64,000 nucleotides of DNA from positions 2,240,001 to 2,304,000 of the forward strand of contig CAVTRC010000001.1 of NCBI GenBank assembly GCA_963737065.1. The letters are read 5' to 3'. This document shows, piece after piece, positions 41,229 to 51,232 of the stretch (the stretch's first letter is position 1; each line of letters opens with the position of its first letter). Source of the stretch: Candidatus Eremiobacteria bacterium (lineage in GTDB: Bacteria; Vulcanimicrobiota; Vulcanimicrobiia; Vulcanimicrobiales; Vulcanimicrobiaceae). Below the pieces are notes generated by a model. That model was given only the letters and a program-made list of their open reading frames with translations, was not told where the DNA came from and did no database searches. The position numbers and the translations under genes were made by a program.

Positions 41229-42208
41229 GCCGGCTGCTCCGTGGGGCGCGAATAGAGGTAAAGAAACGCCGGCACACCGATAAAGGCGAGGAGTACGCCG
41301 ATCGGTAATTCGGAGGGTGCTATCACGCTGCGCGCGACGGCGTCAGCGACGCTGCAGAGCGCGGCGCCGAGCAGCACGCACGCGGGCAGCATCATGCGCG
41401 CATCGGAACCGACGAAACGGCGCGACATATGCGGAACGATCAGGCCGATGAACCCGACCATTCCGGCGAGCGTGACGCTCGCCGCCGCGAGAAGCGCGCT
41501 GCTCGCGAGCAGTATCCATTGCGCGCGCTCGACGTTCAATCCGATCGTTCGCGCGCGAACGTCGCCGATGCGAAGCGCGTTGAGCGCAGGAATTGAAACG
41601 GCGGCGAGCATCAGTCCGGCACCGAGATAGGGAAGCGCGAACGCGAGATCGCTCCATACGCGGCCGGCCATCGAACCCGCAAGCCAGGCAAGTATCTGTT
41701 GCGCCGCGTCGAGCGACGTCGAGCGCGCAATCGCAAAGGCGATGACCGCCGAGAAAAAAGCCGACACTGAAACGCCCGCCAGAATCAACCGGTACGCATC
41801 GAGGCCGCTGCCGCGACGCGCAAGGGCCGCTACCACCAGTGCCGTTGCAAGGCCGGCCAAGAATCCGAGCGCGGGCAGCACGGGCGCCGCAATGCCGGCT
41901 AGAATCGCAAGCGCAATCGCGGCCGCTGCACCGGCGCTTACGCCGGTGAGGTACGGATCGACGAGCGGATTACGCAACATGCCTTGCATCAACGCACCGG
42001 CGATCGATAGTGCGGCGCCGACGGCCGCGGCGATGACGACGCGCGGCATGCGCAGTTGCCATACGATCGTTGTCACGTCGCTGCCGGAATGCGGATGCAC
42101 CAGGGCGCTCGCAACGCTTGACGCATCGAGAGATGAACCGCCGGCAAACAGACTCGTAGCGCACGCGACAAGCGCGAGCACCGCAAGCGCTGCGAACCGA
42201 ATCAACAT
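41225..42208 (-). CDS. btuC: FecCD/BtuC-family ABC permease
   Basis: LRMPR, RNPLVDP, GFIGLIVPH and ELPIG motifs. Confidence 0.88.
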   Translation of the reverse strand: MLIRFAALAVLALVACATSLFAGGSSLDASSVASALVHPHSGSDVTTIVWQLRMPRVVIAAAVGAALSIAGALMQGMLRNPLVDPYLTGVSAGAAAAIALAILAGIAAPVLPALGFLAGLATALVVAALARRGSGLDAYRLILAGVSVSAFFSAVIAFAIARSTSLDAAQQILAWLAGSMAGRVWSDLAFALPYLGAGLMLAAVSIPALNALRIGDVRARTIGLNVERAQWILLASSALLAAASVTLAGMVGFIGLIVPHMSRRFVGSDARMMLPACVLLGAALCSVADAVARSVIAPSELPIGVLLAFIGVPAFLYLYSRPTEQPA

Positions 42209-44029
42209 CAGTGCGTCGTAAGCTCGATGGTAAAGGTGCGTCCCGGCATCGGATAGCCGCTGACTTCAGCGTACCGCTCGTTCCCGACGTTATACGCGTG
42301 CAACGCCAAGAGCGCACGCGGCATCACGCGCAAGCGCACGAATGCGTCGCTGGTCGTGTAGCCGGCCGATTGCGCAAAGGGCGGAAGGGCCGCATCGAAC
42401 GGTTGACGTTGGCCCGCGGTGCGAATCGAAATGCCGCCGTCAGCGAACAGTCCGCGTTCGCGTCCGTGGAACGCAACAAGCGTGTTAACGCTCAGCACCG
42501 GATCGTTCGGAAGGCGCGTTGCGAGGAAGACGTCTTGTGCGCGATAGAGATCCGTAATGTTGAACGCGACCGTGATGCCGTGCATCGGACGCGTACGCGT
42601 CTCGATCGTAAATCCTTGCATGCGCGCCTGCGCCACGTTCTCGGGCGCGAAATTATCCTGCGGATTCGCAATGATCAGATCGTGCGTGTAGTTCGTGAAC
42701 CACGTGATCGCCGTACCGCCCAGTACGTCGTCGAAACGAAGGCTTGCGTCTCCTACGGCGGCGCGTTCCGATGCCAGGTTCGGATTGCCGTATCCCGGGA
42801 AATAGAGTTCGCTCGCGTTCGGCGCACGGAACGCGGATGCCGCATTGAGGCGCAACGATGTGCCGTTGCCCAATTCCGTTCGGAACCCGAAGGACGGTGA
42901 GATCTCTCCGCCAAGCGAACCGTCACGCTCGCCGCGCATGCCGGCATACAGATCGCCCGCGCGGAGCGCCCAGTTTCCTTGCGCGTACGCCGCCGTTTGC
43001 GCCATCGCATTGTACGAGATGCCGGACGGCGTTCCGTCGCCGGCGTCGCTGCGAACCGTGCCTCGCGAGAGATCGACGCCGTAAATCAACCGTGAAGACG
43101 CACCCGAGACGCTATTGCGGAATGCGAGGTCGCTCCGCGTTTCGCTGCTGACCGCTTGCGTCGTATAAAAACAGTTCGGATCGATGCCCGACGCGTCGCA
43201 GCCGAACGCGATACTTTGACGCGAAGCGCCGATCTGCAGCGTCGGTGCCGAGTGCGCGCCGGGTAGCGAGAATGTGAGCGAGCCGATGTTGTTGGTATCG
43301 GCTTCGCGGCTCGTCGTCGATTCGAATCCGTACGGACCGGGCGCGCCGATATGGTCGCTTTCGAGCGTACCGCGAAATGCTACGCCGACGATCCCCAGTT
43401 TCCGATCGAATCCGAGCCGCGCCGTCGTTTCTGCATAATCGTCGTCGACGCGATAGTTGTTGGCGGCGACGACGCGTTCGAGCGAAAAGCCTTTGCCTTG
43501 CGCGCGCAGTTGGGTGTCATTGAACGTTCCGTACAATATGCGTTGCGGCCGGTGCGGCATTCTGTGCGTCGGTAATGATATTGATGATGCCGCCGATCGC
43601 GCCGGTCCCATAAAGCGTCGAGCCGCCGCCTTCGACCACCTCGATCCGGCGCACGCCGCTGGTCGAAATCGTGCCGAACTGCACCGAGTTCGTGAACTCC
43701 CCCGGCGCGGGAAGACCGTCGACGAGCACGAGCACTTGCGTCGAGCTGCTGCCGCGTATGCCATAGGAGATATTCGAGCCGATCGCGCCGTAGCGGCTAA
43801 TTTCGACGCCGGGAATATCGGCGAGCGCATCTCCGACCGTGCGATAGCCGCGCGTGGCGATGTCTGCAGCGGTTACGACATACGTCGTGCGCGTCGTGGA
43901 ACGCAGTGTCTCGTCGGCGCGATCGCTCGTGACGACGTGCGTGATCTCCGGCGGCGCCGACGGTGTGGGCGAAGGTGAAGCAACGGCAACGGCTGCGGCA
44001 ATGACGCGCAGCGCATCGAAAACGTACAT
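42208..44029 (-). CDS. btuB: TonB-dependent cobalamin receptor (BtuB-like), frameshifted near 43545
   Basis: Plug domain (IRGSSSTQVLVLVDG, RIEVVEGGGSTLYG.GAIGGIINIIT) and barrel (FRAP..ELYFPGYGNPNL, YPMPGR). Lies downstream of a cobalamin riboswitch. Confidence 0.85.
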
Positions 44030-44064
44030 GATCCTGTCTTCCTTTTCGCGAGGAACGTGATGCT

Positions 44065-44222
44065 GCCGTCTGTGTCGGTATCCTGACTCGCGGATCGTTG
44101 CCGTCGTGCTCCAAGTCTTCCGACTCCTATAGGAGTTGTGACGATGGAGCGGCTTCCCGCATACAGTGGCGCGACCGTGCCGGCATCTCACCGGCTTCCC
44201 GCGCACAGACCACGGTTTGCGC
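44065..44222 (-). ncRNA. Cobalamin riboswitch
   Basis: The minus strand carries GGGAAGCCGGTGAGATGCCGGCACGGTCGCGCCACTGT, GGAAG and the B12 box GAGTCAGGATACCG, in the 5' leader of btuB. Confidence 0.92.
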
Positions 44223-44291
44223 GTTTAGTGCAAACCCATCCGCGCATCTTTGGCACAGGCGCGCGCTTCACCCTGCCGGAAAGAGCCGCGC

Positions 44292-45116
44292 ATGGTCCGC
44301 ATTCTCGCCGTGGCCCTCGCGATCGTATGTTGTATTGGCGCAGCACCGCGCTCACCGCGCATCGTCGCGCTCGTCCCGTCATTGGCTGAAGACGCATTTG
44401 CCGTCGGCGCGCACGTCGTCGCGGTGTCGAAGTTCACCGGCGATTCACCGCAAGCGCGCGGTTTGCCGGTCGTTGCAGATTCTCAGAGCGTCGACGCCGA
44501 GACGATTTTGCGCCTGCATCCCGATGCCGTCATCGGCATTCCCGCGCAAGCCCGTCTCACCGAACCGCTTCGCCGCGCGGGGCTGCGCGTCGTGTTGACA
44601 CCCGACGATTCGTATGATGACATCTTTCGCGATATACAGATCGTCGGAGCAGTAGCCGACCGAACGCCGCAGGCGCTTCGCGTGATCGCGCAGTTGCATC
44701 GCGAAACCGCACGGCTACACGCGAAGGCGTCGCGCGTATATCATCCGTCGGTGTTCTTCGCGCTCGGCACCGGTCCGATTTGGACTGTCGGTTCGCATTC
44801 GTATCTTGCAACCCTCATCGAACTCGCAGGCGGGCGCAATGCCGCGGACGATCTCACGACGGCGTACGGACAGTACAGTGCAGAAGCGCTCTTACGCGCG
44901 CAACCCGACGCGATCGTTGCGGGTCAAGAAACCGATATACGAGGCGTGATCGGGCGGGAACCATGGCGCAGCTTACACGCGGTTCGTGAAGGACACGTTT
45001 TCACCATAACCGACGAGCGTATCGCCAATGCGCTCTATCGTCCGGGACCACACTATACCGAGGGACTCCGCTGGCTGATCGAACGATTGTCGTCGCTGTC
45101 GACACCGAAGACGTAA
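44292..45116 (+). CDS. btuF: Periplasmic cobalamin-binding protein (BtuF-like)
   Basis: RIVALVPSLAE, ETILRLHPD, AGGRN, AVREG and RPGP motifs, with a signal peptide. Confidence 0.85.
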   Translation: MVRILAVALAIVCCIGAAPRSPRIVALVPSLAEDAFAVGAHVVAVSKFTGDSPQARGLPVVADSQSVDAETILRLHPDAVIGIPAQARLTEPLRRAGLRVVLTPDDSYDDIFRDIQIVGAVADRTPQALRVIAQLHRETARLHAKASRVYHPSVFFALGTGPIWTVGSHSYLATLIELAGGRNAADDLTTAYGQYSAEALLRAQPDAIVAGQETDIRGVIGREPWRSLHAVREGHVFTITDERIANALYRPGPHYTEGLRWLIERLSSLSTPKT

Positions 45117-46126
45117 AGCGACCGCTCGAACCCGAACTGATCGAGCTTGAAGCGCTGGCGGAAGCCGCGGGTGCGTTGGTCGTCGATCGCGTCGTGCAGA
45201 AACGGGCGCACGTCGATCCCGCCACGCTCGTCGGGTCTGGCAAGGCACGTGAGATTGCCGACCTCGTACGCGAGCGCCACGCCGCGCTCGTGCTCGTGCT
45301 CAACGATCTGCGACCGCGGCAACGAAAGAATCTCGAAAAGATCATCAGCGTGCCGATCGTCGATCGCACGATGCTGATTCTCGACGTCTTCGCGCGCCAC
45401 GCACGCAGCGGCGAAGGCAAGCTGCAAGTGGAGCTCGCGCAGTTGCGCTACCGTCAATCGAACTTGATCGGGGCCGGCGCGGATCTCTCACGGCTGGCCG
45501 GTGGTATCGGCACGCGTGGCCCGGGTGAAACCAAACTCGAAGTCGACCGTCGCCGGATCCAATCGCGCATCAGCGTTTTGCGCCGTCAACTCGAAACCGT
45601 CGAACGGCGGCGAGGCACTCGGCGCTCGGCTCCCCATCGTGACCCGTTGGTTGCGCTCGTGGGCTATACCAACGTCGGAAAGTCATCACTGCTCAACGCG
45701 CTCGCGCGCAGCGACGCGTACGTTGCGGATCAACCCTTTGCAACGCTCGACCCGACGATACGCCGTGTCTTCCTGGGTGACGGCCGATACGTACGGCTTG
45801 CCGATACCGTCGGCTTCATCACCGATTTACCGCGCGACCTCGTGAACGCGTTTCGCGCAACACTGGAAGAGTTGCGAGAAGCCGAATTGCTCGTGCACGT
45901 CCTCGACGCATCAAATCCCGACTGGGCGCGTCAACAGGAAGCCGTCGATACGATTCTTCATGAGTTACAACTCGATGCCGCCCCACGTATCGTCGTCTTC
46001 AATAAGATCGATGCGGTGCCGCAACGCGCCGCACCGAACGGCGCGCTCGGGGTGAGCGCTACGACCGGCCAGGGGCTCGACCTTCTACGCGCCGCCGTGG
46101 CCGAGCGGACCGCTACCTCGGCATAG
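45071..46126 (+). CDS. hflX: GTPase HflX
   Basis: EGKLQVELAQL, GIGTRGPGETKLE.DRR, GYTNVGKS, FATLD, DTVGF and NKID motifs. The frame stays open upstream of 45176 to a CTG at 45071. Confidence 0.92.
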   Translation: MADRTIVVAVDTEDVKRPLEPELIELEALAEAAGALVVDRVVQKRAHVDPATLVGSGKAREIADLVRERHAALVLVLNDLRPRQRKNLEKIISVPIVDRTMLILDVFARHARSGEGKLQVELAQLRYRQSNLIGAGADLSRLAGGIGTRGPGETKLEVDRRRIQSRISVLRRQLETVERRRGTRRSAPHRDPLVALVGYTNVGKSSLLNALARSDAYVADQPFATLDPTIRRVFLGDGRYVRLADTVGFITDLPRDLVNAFRATLEELREAELLVHVLDASNPDWARQQEAVDTILHELQLDAAPRIVVFNKIDAVPQRAAPNGALGVSATTGQGLDLLRAAVAERTATSA

Positions 46127-46146
46127 CGAACTCGCGACCTGCTCCC

Positions 46147-46848
46147 ATGCCTCGAATCGCGCTCGCGCTCGTTTGCGCGCTTACGTTTTTCACGTCCGCA
46201 TGTGCCGCCCGTTATCCCGACGACCGGTATGTGAACGCGGTGCATGCCGTGCGTCCGTCGGTCGTGTTGCTCACGATGAAAGTTCCGCCTGAGAAAAAAG
46301 AAGACAAATTCGACGACGAGTATGCAACCGGTGTCGTCGTCGCAAGCGGAACTTGGGGTGCCGACATTCTAAGCGTGTCTCACGCCGTGCAAGGCGCATG
46401 GGATATTCAGGCAACCATCGCCAACAAAACGCGCGTTCCCGTAAGCATCGTCGCGCGCGACAAAGATCTCGACGTCGCGCTGCTGCGCACGAAACACGCG
46501 GGACTTCCCGTGCTTGCGCTTGGATCGTCGCGAAACCTCAATTCGCAACTCGGCCGCGAAGTCGGACTTGTCGGGTACCCTATCCCCGACGAATTCGAAG
46601 ACGAAGATCTTGGGCTCGCGGCATCGTTCAACAGCGGCCACCTCTCATCGCTGCGCAAGCATGCCTTGGAGGTGTCGCTGCCGATCGTCCCCGGTGAAAG
46701 CGGCGCACCGATCTTCTTGATCGATACCGGCGCCGTCGTCGGCATCGCCGAATCACGCTTCGATGACGAACATTCGATCGGCTTCGCGCTTCCGATCGAC
46801 GACGCGAAGAAGTTTTTGCATACGTACGACGCGGCGCACGGATTCTAG
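46147..46848 (+). CDS. Secreted trypsin-like (S1) serine protease
   Basis: Catalytic triad SHAV, DVALL and PGESGAP, with a signal peptide. Confidence 0.82.
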   Translation: MPRIALALVCALTFFTSACAARYPDDRYVNAVHAVRPSVVLLTMKVPPEKKEDKFDDEYATGVVVASGTWGADILSVSHAVQGAWDIQATIANKTRVPVSIVARDKDLDVALLRTKHAGLPVLALGSSRNLNSQLGREVGLVGYPIPDEFEDEDLGLAASFNSGHLSSLRKHALEVSLPIVPGESGAPIFLIDTGAVVGIAESRFDDEHSIGFALPIDDAKKFLHTYDAAHGF

Positions 46849-46862
46849 TCCGGCGCAACGCT

Positions 46863-47336
46863 TCATTTCGTGCAAAGAGAATTAACGGCGGCTATTGCGT
46901 TTCTGTCCGGTTCACTCCCATCAGCATGCGCGTAGACGGCGCGGTAAGAACCGCCGTCGTTGCCGACCAGCGTTTCGTAGACGCGTTCGGTATTGTCGTC
47001 GACGTAATGATGATACGTCAGAACCCAGCCTCGGTCGTTGCCGCAGATCGTCTGTTCGTGATCTACGTCGATCACCGCATCGGGTACGTCGTGCTTGATG
47101 CGTTCGACCTCCAGGTACGCATAGTCGCCGATCGAGAGCCCGTGCAATGGGCCGCGACTGATCTCGATCGATTCGGGACCGCTTGCCGACTGGAACGAAT
47201 ACGTTTTTAGCAAGACCCAGCCGCCGTGCTGCTTCTGCTGCATCGACGCAGACGTCCACGCGGCAGGCGTCGTAACCGTGAAGTTCTCAGCAGGAAGTCT
47301 GGTAGCCGCAAGTAGTGCACCGAAAAGGAACATCAC
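46863..47336 (-). CDS. Hypothetical secreted protein
   Basis: 157-aa ORF with a short hydrophobic leader and an upstream AAGGA. Confidence 0.6.
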   Translation of the reverse strand: MMFLFGALLAATRLPAENFTVTTPAAWTSASMQQKQHGGWVLLKTYSFQSASGPESIEISRGPLHGLSIGDYAYLEVERIKHDVPDAVIDVDHEQTICGNDRGWVLTYHHYVDDNTERVYETLVGNDGGSYRAVYAHADGSEPDRNAIAAVNSLCTK

Positions 47337-47557
47337 CCCATCCTTTTACTGCGATTGCGCACAACGCGTTAGGAGATTATGCGAGGTCGTTCAACGTTCA
47401 CCCCGCGAAGGCATGCGTTATGCCGGTAAACAACACACGCGGGATCGCTTGCCGGGGCGAACGCACCAGGCCCCGCATCCGCGCGGGTCTTTCGTGACGT
47501 TCTAGGACGCATGAAACAGCGGCTCGCCCGTGCCCGCGCGCTCGGCATACCGGTCGA

Positions 47558-49150
47558 ATGAGTTCAGCGCTGCTTCTGGTGGTGCTGCTCTGCGCCACGG
47601 TCGCGGCAGCGATACTCGCAAAGCGCATCAACGTTCCGTATCCGATCGCGTTCGTGATCGGCGGAATTTTGTTGTCGTTCGTTCCGCATCTTCCCGAACC
47701 GCATATCGATCCACAGCTCATCTTCTTATTAGTGTTACCTCCGCTGCTCCACGCCGGCGGCTGGTCGACGGATCTCGAGGAGCTCAAGCGTAACGTTCGC
47801 CCCGTCGCGCTGCTCGCAATCGGCCTCGTACTTTTCAGCACGGTGATTACGGCGCTCATCGCGCATGCAACCCTCGGTCTGAATTGGGCAATGGCGTTCG
47901 TTCTCGGCGCGATTGTGTCACCGCCGGATGCGATTGCCGCGGAAGCGACGTTCGAACGCATGCACGTTCCGCGCCGTGTCGTAGCGGTACTCACCGGCGA
48001 AGCGCTTCTCAATGACGCGACGGCATTGCTTTTGTATCGCTTCGCGGTCATCGCGGCCGTTTCCGGAGCGTTTTCGTTCGTTGCAGCGCTTGTGTCGTTT
48101 CCGGCCGTTACGATCGGCGGCGTGCTGATCGGACTGCTTGTCGGGTTCCTCATCGAAAACGCGCTGCGACTGCTGCTGCGCGGTGATCTGCAAGACCCGG
48201 CGATCGGCAATGTCATCGTTCTTATCGCACCCTATGCGTCGTATCTACCGGCGGATGCGCTCGGCGCGTCCGGTGTGCTGGCCGCCGTTACGACGGGCAT
48301 TTATCTGAACCGGCGCGCGACGCGATTCATGACGTCTGAAGGGCGGGTCGGCGGCCTCGCGCTTTGGAACATGATGATCTTTTTGCTCAATGCGCTCGTC
48401 TTTCTGCTCATTGGACTCGAGCTTCCCTATATCATCAGTTCGCTCGGGAATTCGTTCACGCGTTTCCTCGTCGACGGGTTCGTCATCAGCATCGCAGTCG
48501 TCATCATCCGCATCGTGTGGGTCTTTCCGGCGGTATGGTTGCCGCGCGCACTTTCGAAACGAATACGCGAACGCGATCCGATGCCGCCGTGGGCCTGGGT
48601 GGCCGTCATTGCATGGAGCGGAATGCGAGGAATCGTTTCGCTTGCAGCAGCGCTGGCATTACCGTATCGCGACGCGGCGCATCATCCGCTGAGCGGACGA
48701 GCCGAGATCATTTTCATCACGTTGTGCGTCATCGTCGTTACGCTCGTCTTCCAAGGTCTTTCGCTCGGGCCGCTCATCTCGTGGCTCGGGATCAGTGAAA
48801 CGGCTGACCCGCAGCGGCGTGAAACGACGCTGCGCATCTGCGCGCTGGAGGCCGGCATGAAGCGATTGCACGACCTCGAGCCGACGTTTCACACCGCGGT
48901 GGAATGGGAGATTGCGGGCCGCGTACTCAGCGAGTACGAAAGGCGAATCGAGCATCTACGCGGTCACCTCAAAGATCAGGCGGAGCAAGACGAACGACTC
49001 GAAAACGCGACGGATCGCCGCCTGCAGCAGGAAGCGCTCGACGCCGAACGTCACGAGATTGCGCAGCTGCGGCGCGCCGGGCAGATTCCCGACGACGTCT
49101 TTCGCTCGATCGCCTACGACCTCGATTTAGCCGAACTACGGCTGCGGTGA
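47558..49150 (+). CDS. Na+/H+ antiporter, CPA1 family
   Basis: LPPLL, SPPDAIA, GEALLNDAT, SGVLA and GMRGIVSLAAAL motifs. Confidence 0.92.
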   Translation: MSSALLLVVLLCATVAAAILAKRINVPYPIAFVIGGILLSFVPHLPEPHIDPQLIFLLVLPPLLHAGGWSTDLEELKRNVRPVALLAIGLVLFSTVITALIAHATLGLNWAMAFVLGAIVSPPDAIAAEATFERMHVPRRVVAVLTGEALLNDATALLLYRFAVIAAVSGAFSFVAALVSFPAVTIGGVLIGLLVGFLIENALRLLLRGDLQDPAIGNVIVLIAPYASYLPADALGASGVLAAVTTGIYLNRRATRFMTSEGRVGGLALWNMMIFLLNALVFLLIGLELPYIISSLGNSFTRFLVDGFVISIAVVIIRIVWVFPAVWLPRALSKRIRERDPMPPWAWVAVIAWSGMRGIVSLAAALALPYRDAAHHPLSGRAEIIFITLCVIVVTLVFQGLSLGPLISWLGISETADPQRRETTLRICALEAGMKRLHDLEPTFHTAVEWEIAGRVLSEYERRIEHLRGHLKDQAEQDERLENATDRRLQQEALDAERHEIAQLRRAGQIPDDVFRSIAYDLDLAELRLR

Positions 49151-49633
49151 CGTGCCGGGAACCGGCGTCACGCCCGCGGTTGGCGACGGCGCCGCAGCCG
49201 GACTGGCGCTCGGAGGCGGCGCCTCCGGATTATAGGTTGGAATCACGGTCGCTTGGGGCGTCGGTGTCGGCGGCGGCGGAAGCGTCGCAACGGACGCCGG
49301 TTTCGTAATCGGCACCAAGCGCAGATATCCGACCTGTGACGTTTCATTCTTGCGTACGCGAATGGGAGCCGAATCCGTCGAGAACCCCGGCATGCGCGCC
49401 GAGACGGTCTGCTGTCCGATCGGAATGCGCCCGAGAGTGAATGCACCGTTCGCGTCGGCGGTTGCAGTGTAGAGCGATCCGACCGAGATGATTGCGTTTG
49501 CAATCGGCCGGTTCGTCATCGCGTCGAGCACGCGTCCGGCCACCTGGCCGTAATCTTGCACGCCCACGACGCCGTTGTTACAGCTGTCGGCAACCGTCAA
49601 AAGAAAAACGAAGGCGAGAAGCAGTCTGCGCAT
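49136..49633 (-). CDS. Lipoprotein with carboxypeptidase-regulatory-like domain and Pro-rich tail
   Basis: Signal peptide ending in Cys, G.V.D..T.RPIANA...TADANGAF, and a PTP tail. Confidence 0.75.
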   Translation of the reverse strand: MRRLLLAFVFLLTVADSCNNGVVGVQDYGQVAGRVLDAMTNRPIANAIISVGSLYTATADANGAFTLGRIPIGQQTVSARMPGFSTDSAPIRVRKNETSQVGYLRLVPITKPASVATLPPPPTPTPQATVIPTYNPEAPPPSASPAAAPSPTAGVTPVPGTSPQP

Positions 49634-49724
49634 GTGTTAACGATAGCAGACTCATCCAATCGCTAGCGAGCAACCCGCCAAAACGCCGAATTGGCTGGGC
49701 AATTACCCAGGTAAATGCAGGCGC

Positions 49725-49742
49725 TTGTGAAAAATTTCACAA
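49725..49742. promoter_or_regulatory. Rex-type operator (also fits the CRP box) upstream of nuoA
   Basis: TTGTGAAAAATTTCACAA equals TTGTGAA-N4-TTCACAA. The palindrome extends outward by CGC...GCG. Confidence 0.8.
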
Positions 49743-49745
49743 GCG

Positions 49746-50099
49746 ATGAACCCGTATGGACCGGTAGGAATTTATCTCGTCGTCGCGCTCGCGGCGGCAC
49801 TGCTCTTCACGTTTTTGCCCGGATTGCTCGGGCGCGCGAAACCGAATCCGCAGAAACAAGACGCGTACGAGTGCGGCGTCGAGCCGACCTCGGCGGTCGC
49901 CGGACGGTTCCCCGTGCGCTTCTATCTTATCGCGATGCTTTTTGTAATCTTCGATGTCGAAGCCGCGTCGTTCTATCCTTGGGCGGTTCAGATGCACGCG
50001 TTACGAGTCTTCGGCTTGGTCGAGATGGTCGTTTTCGTCATCGTGCTCGCGATTGGGTATGCGTATGTGTGGAAGAAGGGCGGCTTTGAGTGGAGATAG
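49746..50099 (+). CDS. nuoA: NADH-quinone oxidoreductase subunit A
   Basis: YECG and [14 protein letters not shown] motifs. Confidence 0.95.
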   Translation: MNPYGPVGIYLVVALAAALLFTFLPGLLGRAKPNPQKQDAYECGVEPTSAVAGRFPVRFYLIAMLFVIFDVEAASFYPWAVQMHALRVFGLVEMVVFVIVLAIGYAYVWKKGGFEWR

Positions 50100-50569
50100 G
50101 TCCGGGGCAATTTTTACTCGCGCGATTGGACGACGTCGCGCGTTGGGCGCAGAGTTCGTCGGTGTGGCCGCTCACCATGGGCTTGGCGTGCTGCGCGATC
50201 GAGATGATGTCGGTCACCTCCGCCGAGTACGATATCGCGCGCTTGGGTTCCGAAGTGTTTCGTAGTTCGCCGCGTCAAGCGGATCTGATGATCGTCTCCG
50301 GTCGAGTTGCGCAAAAGATGGCGCCGGTCGTCAAGCGTCTCTACGATCAGATGGCGGACCCGAAATGGGTGATATCGATGGGCGCATGCGCAAGTTCGGG
50401 CGGCGTTTTCGATAATTACGCGGTCATCCAAGGCATTGATACGATCGTTCCCGTCGACGTTTACGTTCCGGGATGCCCGCCGACGCCGGACGGCTTGCTG
50501 TACGCCGTCAATTTAATTCAGCAGCAAATCCGAGAAGGTGGCCGCGGCGGCATCTTAGTCCGGTCATAA
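50090..50569 (+). CDS. nuoB: NADH-quinone oxidoreductase subunit B
   Basis: [15 protein letters not shown] and PGCPP motifs. Confidence 0.95.
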   Translation: MEIGPGQFLLARLDDVARWAQSSSVWPLTMGLACCAIEMMSVTSAEYDIARLGSEVFRSSPRQADLMIVSGRVAQKMAPVVKRLYDQMADPKWVISMGACASSGGVFDNYAVIQGIDTIVPVDVYVPGCPPTPDGLLYAVNLIQQQIREGGRGGILVRS

Positions 50570-50579
50570 GGAAAACGCG

Positions 50580-51232
50580 ATGCCTAGTACACAATCACCG
50601 CCGATCGCGGGTGCCGCGATCGATCCTCCGAGCGTGCGCCCGGCGATCGATGACGCCGTCATCGAACGCGTCGAAGTGCAAGCGCTGCGCGCGCGGCTGG
50701 AAGCGCTCGAAGCCGAAGGATATACGATGCTGCTCGATCTCGCGGCGGTCGACTATTTGCCGCGCGACCCTCGGTTCGACGTCGTCTATCATCTCTTGAA
50801 GATGCCGGTGCAAGGACCGCTGAGCGTCGATCGCGTCGGCAAACCGCAACGCTGCCGTATCCTCTGCGGAGTTCGGGATGGCGAGCACGTTCCCAGCGTG
50901 ATGGATCGTTGGAAGAGCGCCGACTGGGCGGAACGCGAAATTTTCGATCTCTTCGGTATCGTTTTCGACGGCCATCCCGATCTGCGCCGGATTCAAATGC
51001 CGTACGACTGGGTCGGCCACCCGCTGCGTAAGGATTATCCGCTGCGTGGGCCCGCGCGCGAACGTTCACCGCGCCCCACGTTCGCGCTGAAAAGCAACGT
51101 ACAAGCCGGTACGCCGCCCTCGGGCCGCACGCTCGAAGCGCTGCAAGAGCAGATAAAACAAGCTCGGCAATCGAATCTGCGGATCGGCCGGAGGCCGAGC
51201 GTCACGGATTCGCCGGAGGCGAATCCAGATGA
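50580..51232 (+). CDS. nuoC: NADH-quinone oxidoreductase subunit C (true stop obscured by a probable frameshift; end approximate)
   Basis: [23 protein letters not shown] and GHPLRKDYP motifs. Confidence 0.88.
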
